Below, piece by piece: positions 1 through 13,186 of a stretch of 64,000 bases of DNA. Every line of letters begins with the position of its first letter. Positions within the stretch are counted from its first letter, which is position 1. This stretch comes from Octopus sinensis (taxonomy: Eukaryota): positions 68,138,001 through 68,202,000 of the forward strand of contig NC_043010.1 in NCBI RefSeq assembly GCF_006345805.1, written 5' to 3'. Both the position numbers and the translations under genes were made by a program. Under the pieces are notes generated by a model. That model did not search any database. It was given only the letters and a program-made list of their open reading frames with translations, and had not been told where the DNA came from.

Positions 1-739
1 TGCCATGCAGTGGGACTGAACCCAAGATCACAAGGTTTGGAAGTAAGTTTCTTAACTGCAACCATGCCTGCACATTTACACAACCTGAAGAGAAAGGAAA
101 CAAATGAAATGATTAAATACTTGTAGAGTTTCTTTTGAAGAAAGAAAGAAACTAAGAAGCAATGGAAGGAATATTCTACTTTGAATATAGGTGCTGGCTT
201 GGTTGTGTGGTTGAGAAGCTTGCTTTGTAGCCAAACAGTTTTGGGTTCAGTCCCACTGAACTGCACCTTGAGCAAGTATATTCTGTTGTAACCCTGGGCC
301 AACCAGTTTCCTTGTGAGTGAATTTGGTAGATGGAAACTGTGTGGAAACCTGTTGTGTTTGTTTGCCCCCCCTGCTGCCCTACAGCCCTATAGCTGATGT
401 TGGTTTGTTTCCATACCTGTAAATTAACACTTCAGCAGAAGCGACTGAAGTACCAATCTTAAAATATAAGCATTGGGGTGTGACCTGAAATAATAATAAT
501 AATAATAATAATAATGATGATGATAATAACAACATCGAAAAATACCTTAGGAATGGGAGCCCAGGTTTGAAATTTCCCCAAGACACCTGAAATGCTGTGT
601 TAACAAACAAGATGAGGATAAATAGCTGTCAATTGTAAATAATGTAAATAATGTAAATAATGTACATAATTCCTCATCTCTTAAATATAGAACTGTATGC
701 TGATGTATGTTCATGTATCTAAGAAAGTGGTATTTTCAT

Positions 740-1210
740 CATTAGTTACAAGTGCAGACGTGATATTCCAGAAAGAGGCCACTGCAGAAGCTTCTAGTTG
801 ATGGACAGATTAAATTGTGGAAGTAAAAGAGAGCATTTATAGCACAACTGAATGGAATAAGACTTAGCTTAGATGAGACCTGATTTGAGGAGATTGTGCT
901 TGAACATGGTGCCAGTAATATGATCGTCATGATAGTAGTAAGACAATGACAGAAGTTCTTAGCAACAATCAAGCCACTATAATTAGCATTTGTTGGCCTA
1001 GAGAAGGCCTTTGGTAGAGTACTCTGCTCTGTAAATAAGTGGTTAAGAAAACCAAGTGTCGATGAAAGGCCTGTGAGAGCCATGCATGCTGTTAGCTAGG
1101 TGAGGTTTAGCTATGAGTTCTGTGAAGAATTTGGCATACAGATGGATGTCCAACAGGGCTTAGGTTTCATCCCATCCCCTGTTTCTATAGTTCTCCAGGC
1201 TATAACTGGG
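740..1210 (+). mobile_element. Degenerate RTE-clade LINE reverse-transcriptase fragment
   Basis: Frame from 929 reads IVVRQ*QKFLATIKPL*LAFVGLEKAFGRV...EEFGIQMDVQQG, similar to RT motifs LAFVDLEKAFDRV and GVHQGS; several in-frame stops. Confidence 0.85.
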
Positions 1211-1403
1211 CTTTGGGATCAGCTGCAGGCAAAGTTTTATAATTAAGAAGCTTGCTTTGCAATCATATATTGGGTGCTGTCCCACTGTGCAGCATCTTGG
1301 GCAAGACTCTGATAAGCTCAGGGTGACCAATGTCTTGTGAGTGAATTTTGTCAATGGAAACTGTGTGGAAGCCTTCTGCACACACACACATATATATATA
1401 TAT

Positions 1404-1580
1404 CACCTTGATCATCTTGACCGACCAGTCCGTTGGGCGTCCATTTGACACCGCTGGTCACAGCACGCTGTCCACTCCTCTCTGGATCGCACCTTTCTCA
1501 TCCACGTGATCCCATTCGTTGTCCTGAAATCGTAACTCCACCATCGTGGAGGCCTTCCAGCTGGTCGTTTCCGCTTGCGC
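1404..1580 (-). mobile_element. RTE-like LINE 3'-terminal fragment
   Basis: RKRPAGRPPRWWSYDF...TWMRKVRSREEW resembles the RTE ORF C-terminus; ends at a (TA)n tract. Confidence 0.65.
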
Positions 1581-4500
1581 ATATATATATATCTTAGAGT
1601 TGTATAGTTTGCATGAAGCATATGTATAAATGTTTCTATTTTTTTTATAAAGCCAAAATAATGCAAATTATAATAAATATTGAAATACAAGGTGGAAGTA
1701 CAAACCATTGACTTGTACTATGTTTTATAACTTGCATTATTTTCACTCTATTAAAAAGTAATAATTAAAAACAAATGTATATATGTGTCTGTTTGCACAC
1801 CCACCCATTATTGCTTAACGACTGTTGTTGGTTTGTTCATATCCCTGTAACTTATCAATTTGACGAAAGAGACTGATAAGGATAAGTACTAAATTTCTAA
1901 GTACCAGGGTTCGTCTGTCCACCTGAACCATTCAAGGTGGTGCCCCAGCATGACCACAGTCCAATGACTGAAACGAGTAAAGGAATAATAAAAGAGAAGA
2001 GAATGCCGGTGACCTAGGTTTGAAAGCTGAATCTGCCAAACTGTTAAAGATTTTTCTAAATATGAAAGCCAAGGCCTAGAATTAGAACCTAGCGAAGGTA
2101 AAAAAAAATTACTCGTCAGCAGGAAAGAAGCCAAGACTCTACATCCTATCTGTGAAGCAGCTGTGTTTGCTATGTAGGAAAAGAACTTGGTAGGAATGCT
2201 GTGTGGTGTATACTCAGTGTGAACTGTGGGTGAGGAAGAGGTGCAGTGAGGTTACTGATAATTAATGATAGTTATGTAATGAACAATTGATTATTCTCCT
2301 TGAATGTATGTTCTTTTACGTGTGTCAGTCATTTGGCAGTGGCCATGCTGGAGCACCACTTTAAATGGTTTTAGTTGAAGAGCTCAACCCCAGGACTTAA
2401 CTGTTTGTAAGCCTGGTACTTATTCTATCTGTCTCTTTTGCTGAACTGCTAAGTTACAGGGATGGAAATACACCAACATCAGTTGTCAAGTGATAGTGGG
2501 GGAAAAAACACACACAGTGGGCTTCTTTCAGTTTCCGTCTTGTGATAGTGGGAGAAAACACACACACAGTGGGCTTCTTTCAGTTTCCGTCTATCTGTTT
2601 CACTCACAAGGCTTTTGTCGGATTGTGGCTATAGTAGATGACACTTGCTGAAGGTGCTGTCCTATGGGACTGAACCCAAAACTCCATGATTGGGAAGCAA
2701 ACTTCTAAACCACATTCAGATGTGTTTTGCATGTAAATCTTATAGGATATCATATATGAAGTTCTCTTTTTGGTTCGGATGAATGACAGGATGACACTTC
2801 ATTGTCAAAAATCACAAGAAACCCTAAAATCTTTAAAAATGTACCCCACTTTTCTTAACCCTCCTTTTGTTCTTTGCCCCTTTCCTGCTATCATTTACTT
2901 CTGAAGTTCTTTTTTTTTTTTTTTAATTTCCAAATGCTTGGGTTGGGTGTTTTTCGTTGACATATTTATGTTGGTCTTATTTCAAGGAATGTTTGATTCT
3001 ACACTTTTAGTGGACATGATGAGGTGTGTGTGTTTCTCTTTTTATGTTCATTTTCCTCTATTTCTCGCCCCCCCACCTCTTACTCCCTATCTCACTCACC
3101 TTGTTTCTCCACCCTCACCTCTTCCAGTTCACTTCCTACCCCCATCTTTCACTAACACTTTTCCTCTCAATTTTTCTTTCCCTCTCTTTCTCTCTCTCTA
3201 CTTCTATCATCTGTGATGTTCATCTCTCCCTCTCTTTTTCTCTGCTTTTCTCTCACCCCCTCTCTCTCTTTCCCCCTCTCTCATCTGTAATGTTCATCTG
3301 CCCCCATCTCTGTCTACATTCCTATCATGCCACACATTTTCCTCCACCCAGTTCTCTCTAATTATGTTTATTTACCCAAAACTGTTACTATAACCTGATC
3401 ATGTCTTTTATATATCAAACATGTCTTCTTACTGCAACCTTTGACATGCCTTCATATCTCAAACTAAAATTCCCTTTATAGTAGAGAGAGAGCTTGGGTG
3501 GGAAGTCGCTGCCTGTCCCCCACTCTCACCCTTCACCTCCCCTAAATATATATATATGGGACCTTGAAGACTGCTATAATGCAAGAAAGTATACTAGTCC
3601 CCTAATATTTGATATTCAACATTTCATCTATTCAATAAGACAATCAATACTTCAGTTCATTTTACTATATATATACTATTTATTCCATATATTCTATATT
3701 CTACATTAATATTATAAAGAATATAAATAAAACATAAAAAACAGAGTTGGAATTTCTTTGAATAATATATATATACATATATATAATTTAATGGTAGTCT
3801 CTTGATCTGAGGGAGAGAGAGTTCCACACTCTTTTTGCTAAACAGTCTGATCAACTGTTTGTGCTCCCTCCAACAAATTGACATTGCTTGTACAGATGCA
3901 TGGTGTATTACACATCACATGTTGGAGTGATCATAGAGGAAATGCACATATGCATGCATGCACAGAAATATACCGAGAGAGAGAACAAGAGAAATATTGA
4001 AACATCTGATGCCTAAATAAGTTGGTGTCAGATCAGCAATGCCAAATGGGCAATGCCAAAACAGCTGTGCCCAAATGTCTCATTCCATCCACACTCCCAT
4101 GATTTCTTTGTAGTTGTCTCAGCTAGCAGTAGTGACATCATCATACCAATTGTAATACACGCCTAAAGCCAGGTGAATTTGTATACTGGGAACCAAGGTG
4201 TGATGGACACAGGAATGATACATTATCAGTTATGGTATTCAGTTGATTCTGTCTTAACTACACTATTAACTTGGCATTTTTACTCACTGTTTTCCACGTT
4301 AAGGCAATTGGTGTTGAAGAAGCTGGTCTGTAATTTACTGGTATTGTAACGAGGCATGATGATGATATGTATAAAGTTTTGAGTCTTCTCCTGTTAATAA
4401 TAACCTGTAACCTTTGACCTCTTGTGAAGTCAAGCCTTCACCTCTTCAGCATTCAGATTTCATTGGTCAACTGTAATGCTTATGTATTCCTATTGTTCTG

Positions 4501-4732
4501 TATATTATCTTGTAACCTTGAGATTTTGATGATGTGATTTGTACATTTTTAGAATTACATTGTAGGGTAAGTGTGAAAGACAGGATCTGGTTGGTTTGCA
4601 CCTAAAAATAGGTAGAATGTTTGAGTCAAATACAACTGGTTTAAATGCTAAAGTGTTATCAACAACATATTATCTTTTTTAATTTTACATCATCATTATT
4701 ATTATTATTATTTATTTATTTTTATTTTTCAG

Positions 4733-4926
4733 GACACCGACTTGCAACAGAAAATTGATCATGAAATCAAAATGAGAGAAGGGACCACCAAACTATTGGC
4801 TGCAGCCAAAAACCCAAGCCAGAAGCTGGAAGCATCAAAGAATCTGATTACAACTAACTCTCGTATCATCAATTACATGAGAGAGCTACAGCGACGCACT
4901 ACTGCTGAAGTAATGGGGAAAACTTT
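4733..4926 (+). CDS. RTKN: Rhotekin exon 1 in window (HR1 Rho-binding domain)
   Basis: tttttcAG acceptor at 4731-32, GTAAGT donor at 4927; DTDLQQKIDHEIKMREG...VMGKT; ends in phase 2. Confidence 0.95.
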
Positions 4927-7900
4927 GTAAGTAGTCTCTGAATCCCTGATACCTCACAACTCATTTCATATCCTCACTTTGCTTTCTCTGTCTTAGTCTC
5001 TGATATTTCCAAATATTTCAGCCTCAGGGTTTATGATCTGTAGGAAATTTTGGTCTTGGCAGGGCACTATGGTCTTTTGGTGGATTAAGTATTATTGGTA
5101 GGATTTTGGTCTTTGGAACATCATTGTTTTGGGGGATATTTTGCCTTTGGTGGATTATGACAAACAAGGTTGTTCATTTCCAAGTCTTCCATGAAAAACA
5201 TTTGGCCTTGGAGAAATATTACCTTGTTTGGAAACAGGGGAGGGTTGGCAACAGGATGGGTGTGGTCTTTTGGTGGATTAAGTATTATTATTGGTAGGAT
5301 TTTGGTCTCTGGAACATCATTGTTTTGGGGGATATTTTGGCCTTTGGTGGATTATGACAAACAAGGTTGTTCATTTCCAAGTCTTCCATGAAAAACATTT
5401 GGCTTTGGAGAAATATTACCTTGCTTGGAAACAGGGGAGGGTTGGCCACAGGATGGGTGTAGGGCTATAGGGAGTAAATATGAAGGCCTTATCACCACAG
5501 CTGCTAAATTTCAAAGCCTCTAGTGTCCATCCTCTCTGTAGAAAGACAAGAATCCAGATGTTTAATTTTAAAAAAAATTTTTTATTTCATTCCTGATTGC
5601 AAATTTCGTCTGACCCATACAAGTATAAAACAGTAGACATTAAATGATGATACTAAATTTGATTAAGGGCTATTTTTGTACTGAATTACTGAATTAATTT
5701 TTGTTTACTGTCATTTGCAATTTGTCTTTATCTGTTTCATCTGTCAGGTGCGTCGAAGGAAACCAAACCCCTTGTAAAAGCCAGGTGAGCGTTTCAGGTA
5801 AGTTACTCTTTCCCTTTTATTTTTACTACTTCCTACAACTTCCTTCCTTTTCAGCCATTGATAGTTCATTAATACTGATTATAACTGGTGTCGTTCAGCT
5901 TTATTTACTCCACCTGTGCATTAAATAGGTTGTTTCAGGTGTGATCACATAGTTTTCCTGTGTCCACCCACTATGACTAATCTTTGTTCATCTGTGACCA
6001 TCCTATCTTCATTTCATATATCCAAAACTAAGTCACTGAGCACATTCTTACTATTAAGATAATATATATGAAACTAGAAAATGATTTGACTACTAGTTTT
6101 ACCAACTAGCTCAACCACATAGAAGTCCATCATTGGTTTGATAAACAGCTAGTTTATAAGTGTATACTGCAATAAACATATATTTTCTCTCAATTTTTCC
6201 CTACTACCTCCCTTTTTTTTTTCCTGACACAGACTCACATCCTTAACCCTTTCGTTACTGTATTTCTATTGAGAAGCTCTGTGTTTCTTTCATTTACTTT
6301 AAATATAACAAAAAATTTAATAAAATAACGTAGTTATCACTCAGCTGGTGTTAGGAACATAAATTGTGACTAAGGTTTGGTGGAAGATTTTAATACAAAA
6401 CTTATGAAAACAAGACATTTGTACTCAGAGCCAGAGCTGGTTTCAGCCGGGTTCGTAACTAAAGGGTTAAAGTCAGTTTCTTTCGTTTTCACAGCAGACT
6501 AAAAGTTCTGCAGCTTGAAGCATTTTTCTTGAAGAAAAATAAATAACAGTGATTTTTATGTACTTTGAGGAGTGAAAAATTCAATGGATTTCATACTTCC
6601 TGGTATACAAGACAACATAGTATATAGTGTAAACATGTTGTGTAAACATTCAAACATTGTCGCTATCTTTTCAAGTCCTGCTGCGTTTCACATGGAATTT
6701 TTGGCCTGAAAAATTCAACTTATATACTCCAAAACATAGTGCTTGCTTTTTTTCGAAGAGGCCTTATCACCACAGCTGCTAAATTTCAAATTTTTTTCCC
6801 AGTTTTCACAACGATAGTATAAAAGCCTCTAGTGTCCATCCTCTCTGAAGAAAGACAAGAATCCAGATGTTTAATTAAATTTTTTTTTTATTTCATTCCT
6901 CATTGCAAATCTGAAATTTATGTTTCTTTTACACTTTTATAGATTAATTTCCAATAATGATTCAAACCATCAATAGTGTTCTCAAATTCTGTATTTTACC
7001 AACATACAGTGCCTTTGCTTGTATTTACTATTTTATTTAATACTGACACAGACCACCACTGATCTACAAATTCTTGTGAATATTGTTATTCATGTACTTT
7101 AAGGCAGCTAGCTGGCTGAATTGCCAGCAAGTTGGACAACGTGCTTAGTGGTATTTCTTCCGGCACTTTGTCATCTGATTTTACATCTTACCATGATTGA
7201 CTTTGTCGTTCATCCTTTTGGGGTTGATAAAGTAAGTACCAGTTGGGTACTGGTGTCGATGTAGTCGACTATCCCCCACTTTACAAAATTGCTGGCCTTT
7301 TGCTGACATTTTAAACTATTCTTATCAGTGTACTTTAATTAATCACATCACTTGATTAAACACACTTTCCTTTGGAACAGTGGCTCTCTATATAAAGCCA
7401 TAAACAATAGCATATAAATGTTGGGCTGAAAAACTGTTTTGGATAGAAAATGTCAAAGGCTGCCTGTAGGATATGAACCCACATCTCCTGTGCATATGAC
7501 AGGTGTTCTACCAATGGACCAAAGCAGTCTTCTGAATTTCTATCCGTTTATAAAACTTTATTCTTATCAACGAGAATTGTAAAGCCATTGATGTGAGGAG
7601 TTTTATAAGCTTTCAAGAGAAAGGGAAATTATTCTTCTTTGGAACAGTGAATCTCAAGAAAAAAAAACACGAGTTATTTAAACTCTTTCACAAACCTTTC
7701 CATGCTAGGTTGGCTGCGTAGACATGTGTTTTAGTTTGAGCGACTAATTTTACAGCTGAATGCTCTTCTTCTCAATAAGCCCTCAACTGTGAAATTATAA
7801 TTGAGACTGCTTGGTTCATGTAACTTATAAAAATGTATCAAAGTTGTCATGTTCCTGAGCTCAACAGACTAGCACCCCAACCACAACTTTTCGCCTTCTG

Positions 7901-8168
7901 TACTTTGTTGGTAATAATATCCCCCTGCCTCGTTAGATTTTCATTATAAGGATTTTTTTAATATTAGTTGAACTCCATGCATTTAATCAAATGTTATAGT
8001 AAGTGAAGTAATGATCCATGTACAAATTGTGATTATTATGCAGTATTGTCTCAAATAGTTCTGGATTCAGTTCTAGTGTGTGGCACCTCAGTAAGTGTCT
8101 GCTACTAAAGTCCTAGGCTGATCAAAGCCTTGTGAGTGGATTTGATAGGCAGAAACTGAAAGAGCCTG

Positions 8169-8209
<41 letters not shown>

Positions 8210-9505
8210 TGAGAGAGAGAGAGAGAGAGAGATAGCATGTGCGTGCATTCACAAAAATATTAAGATGTGAAAATGAATTGAACCGGCTTTATTGCATATC
8301 ACTATAATTGTTTAAATGTATTATTACAAGTTGTTCGTTGCTGAATGTTACATATGTTACCACACAGCCACTCCTGCGCCTATATGTAAGTAGCTTGCTT
8401 ACCAACTACATGGTTCTGGGTTCAGTCCCACTGCGTGGCACATTGGGCAAGTGTCTTCTACTATAGCCTCAGGCCGACCAAAGCCTTGTGAGTGGATGTG
8501 GTAGACGGAAACTGAAAGAAGCCCATCGTATATATATGTGTGTGTGTATGTTTGTGTGTCTGTGTTTGTACCCCCTAGCATCGCTTGACAACTGATGCTG
8601 GTGTGTTTACGTCCCCGTAACCTAACGGTTTGGCAAAAGAGACCGATAGTATAAGTACTAGGCTTACAAAGAATAAGTCCTGGGGGTCGATTTCCTCGAC
8701 TAAAGGCGGTGCTCCAGCATGGCCACAGTCAAATAACTAAAACAAGTATAGGAGTATGTTATAGACAACATTGCATTAATATCACTCATCAAAAGTAGCA
8801 TATGCTTCTCTTTGGGTGAAAAATCAAAAGCTCTGAACATATTTGTGTGTTTGTGTATTTCTTTGTCTTGACATCTTGTGATAGTTGTACAAGTATCATT
8901 GTCATGCAAGCAAGAGTTCTTCGTTTCCAATATTCTGCATGATGTCTGGCCATAGAGAAATACTATCCTTCTTGGAAACGGGTGAGGGCATCCAGCTGTA
9001 GAAATTGTACATATGCAGATAGTAGAGCTTGGCATATCCTCTGGCTTACTAGCACCTGTCAAACCGTCCAACACATGCCAGCATGGAAAGCAGACGTGAA
9101 GTCAGTGATGGTGACAGATTCATAACTTTGAAAGCTAATAATAACTGAAGCCGAGTTGGAGTCTGGCATTTTGTTACAGAGCTTTGTTGGTCATAGGCTT
9201 CCTTCTGTTTATTTCTTTAAAAGATTATATATTTTTTTACTCGGTTTATCTCTTTTAAAACTTCGTATATTTATTTGTTTCTGTTCTTGTTTTTCTTCTT
9301 CTCGATACAGATATCAGAATTCCTCTCATGTGGAAAGATACAGATCATTTCAAAAACAAGGGAGGTAAGTACTATAAATTTAACCAACTTGAGAATTACT
9401 TCCCTTTACGGAACACCCCCTCCCTTCCCTCTAAATTCAGTCACTCAAAACTACAACATTGAATAAAAGATGATACTTCCGTGCTTATACACATGTATTT
9501 GCATA

Positions 9506-9543
<38 letters not shown>

Positions 9544-12404
9544 TGGCAAGAAGTTTGCTTCCTGACCACATGGCTTTTGGTTCAGTCCCACTTTGTGCCA
9601 CCTTGGGCAAATGTCTTTTTACTATGACCCTGGGCTGAGTAAAGCCTTGTAAATACATATGGTATAGGAAACTGATAGAGACCTATGTGTGGGTGTATAT
9701 ATATATATCATAAATCCTCGAGTATGATCTGCATCCCCCCCCCCCAGTTTAAAGGTCAAAATCCCTAGTGCGTACTAAGCAATGTCCAAGTTTCTATTTT
9801 CTGTCCGACAATGTTTATTCAGACACATTTTGTGATGTCAGGCATGAAAATACCTTAAGCTAAGCCTGAAAGCAATGAAGTCATAAAAGAATCATTCATA
9901 ACTTGCAGTAAGCAACATTTATTAAAATAAAAGTATTCAGAACACAGAATAACATGTAACAAAACAATTTGCAAACATATTTACATTCCCATATAACAGT
10001 TAAGAACATCACCATTATTGTATCATGCATGCGTGGAAGTGTTTGTTCGACTAGGTGCTGCTGGCTTAATTACGCATGACTTCAAGCTAGAGAAGGGGTG
10101 CATATTATACACAAGGTTTAGGTTTTTCAGAGGTACAGCCCCCTAAAAATTCCCTGTGTATTATACTTAAGGGCGGACTATACTCGAAGATTTATGGTAT
10201 ATATATATATGTGTTACTATCTCTATGCTTTGACAGTGCATTTGTAAACAATTGCCAATGTCATGCACATGGTGTCCTTCATTTCCAATATTCAGTGTAA
10301 GCATGTCTGACTATGGGGAAATATTACCTTACTTGGAAACAATTGAAGGTTGGTGACAGGAAGAGCATCTGGCTGTTAAAAAAAATCCACCTCAACATAT
10401 TTCATGCATGCATGGAAAAGTAGATGTTGAAACAAGGATGGTGATTTATTTGTCAAATCCCACAAAGTTTAAAATTTTACCTTTCATCCTTCTACGAGAT
10501 ATTGGATAAATTAAAATGTACCAGTAAAATAAGAATTGATCATATGATCACTCCTCTTGAGCTTGTATTCAGCACCTGCAACATTCAGCTGGTACAACTA
10601 GAGCACTTTGCTCGGAACCGGAAAACCTGACACTCCCTCTGCAATGAAGGAGCTGCATACTTTGGACTAATCTGATATGAGATACTTGAGGAAAAGAGAT
10701 GTCAACGTCATCTCTGACTCACCATCAGCATAATGGGCAACTTCCCTTGTCATCTGTATTCAAGGACATGCCATTCCAGGATCGGACTGTTTTCACATTT
10801 ATCAACCCTCAAAATGTAGGGTAAGACTCTTAGAGGACAACATCGTTGTCAACATTGACAGACAGCTGTAAGCAAGTATGCTTCAGTAAAATACACATTG
10901 ATCGTATGATAACTCCCCACCAAATCTAAAGATATAGGCGCAGAAGTGGCTGTGTGGTAAGTAGCTGGCTTACCAACCACATGGTTCCAGGTTCAGTCCC
11001 ACTGTGTGGCACTTTGGCCAAGTGTCTTCTACTGTAGCCTCAGGCCGACCAAAGCGTTGTGAGTGGATTTGGTAGATAGAAACTGAAAGAAGTCTGTTGT
11101 ATATATGTGTATATATACGTGTTTGTGTGTCTGTGTTTGTCCCCCCAACATCGCTTGACAACCGATGCTGCTGTGTTTACATCCCCGTAACTTAGCGGTT
11201 CGGCAAAAGAGACTGATAGAATAAGTACTAGGCTTACAAAGAATAAGTTCTGGGGTCGAGTTGCTCGACTAAAGGCGGTGCTCCAGCATGGCCGCAGTCA
11301 AATGACTGAAACAAGTAAAAGAGTAAAAGAATATGCACCCTATTTTCCAGCAGACAAGTCATTATAACTATGTAGTGTAAACATTCAAACATTGTTGCTA
11401 CCTTTCCAAATCCTGTTGTATTTCACCTGGAATCTTTGGTCTTTCCAAGTTGTCTCGGTGTATAAGTCAACCTACCTTCCCTTGGCTGTAAATTTTAGTC
11501 TGAAAAGTTTAACTTGTATTCCTGTGCCAGAGCAGCCAGCTGGCTTCCATGCCAGTGGCACGTAAAAGGGCACCATTCCAGCGTGATTGTTACGAACGTC
11601 GTCTTACTGGCACCTGTGCCGGTGGTATGCGTAAAAAGATTCAAGTGAGGTCGTTGCCAGTACCACCTGACTGGCCCCCCGTACCGGTGGCACGTAAAAA
11701 GCACCCACTACACTCTCGGAGTGGTTGGCATTAGGAAGGGCATCCATCTAGCTGTAGAAACTCTGCCGGATCAAGATTGGAGCCTGGTGCAGCCATCTGG
11801 TTCACCAGCCCTCAGTCAAAATCATCCAACCCATGCTAGCATGGAAAGCGGACGTTAAACGACGACGATGATGATGATGATGATGATGATGACAGCAGGA
11901 CCTTTGTTCCTGATTTAGAAATTATTAATTTCTGAATTATTTCCTCTCCCTCGTTTTGATTATTGTTGATGTTTTTTTCCTCTATTGTATTTTGCAGATC
12001 ATCGTCGTTATGCTGTGTTTTGTTTGGTTAAAACTGGGAGCGAGATATACGATACCAGCTTGATATCAAATGTTGACCGTAGCATGACAGATATATCATT
12101 TGACGATGTCATTGTATTGTAAGTATATCTTTTGAGTTTTTTTGGGGGGGTTTTTTTTTTTTTTGTATCTTTTACTTGCTTCACTCATTGAACTGTGGCC
12201 ATGCTGGGGCACAGCCATGAAGGGTTGCAGTTGGGGACAAATTAACCGTAGTACTTATTTCAAGTCTGGTACTTCTTTTCTATCAGTCTTTGCTGAACTG
12301 CTAAGTTACAGGGATGTAAACAAGCCTACAATGGTCATCATGTGGTAGTAACAGGGACAAAGAAAGACAAATACAGACATACACATGCAGTTTCACATAC
12401 ATAC

Positions 12405-12445
<41 letters not shown>

Positions 12446-12707
12446 CACATATTTATTTGTGTGTGTGACAGGCTTTGTGAAGGTGCATGGTATAGTGGTT
12501 AGGATATTTAGCTCATGATCTTAAGATTGCGTGTTCGATACCTGATGGCATAGAGCTAAGAAAGTTCTTGTATCCAGAAATGTTATTATACTGGGGTTGA
12601 TACCTCCTCCTCTTCCTTTACAAATGTGAGAAACCATGACTTTGTGGCTGATTGAATAAAAACATCATATCTCTCTCTCTCTCTCTCTGTTTCACACTTT
12701 CTTTTCT

Positions 12708-12763
<56 letters not shown>

Positions 12764-13155
12764 CCTCTCAAACACAAAGCCTCTCCTTCATTGGTGTCCC
12801 ATTTCATTCGCTCCCTCTATCATTCCAGTTCTCTTTCTCTCTCTCTCTCTTCCCCACCCACCCTACATTTCACCCCCACCCCTTTTATACTCTACTGCTT
12901 TCATTTTCACCCTATGCCGCCACTATAAAACTTCCTAGCCCCCAACATGCACCTCACCCACCCTATTATTGTATATTTCAGTGACAATGTCCCTTGTAAC
13001 TTTGAATGTACCCTAGAGGTCTACTGTCACAAATTACACGAAGACCTCACCATTGCTAGCACACCAAAGAAAATCAGAAAGAAGTTTAATGATTTCTCAG
13101 GCTCTGTCGGACGAAACGTTGGCAAGAGGTTATCTGGATTGGTAAGTCCACCTTG

Positions 13156-13186
<31 letters not shown>

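Noticed and set aside
1-4730. Search for the rhotekin start exon
   Set aside because: No supportable upstream exon found; presumed outside the window
10936-11010. SINE heads as tRNA genes
   Set aside because: A/B boxes only; no cloverleaf, and each continues into the SINE body
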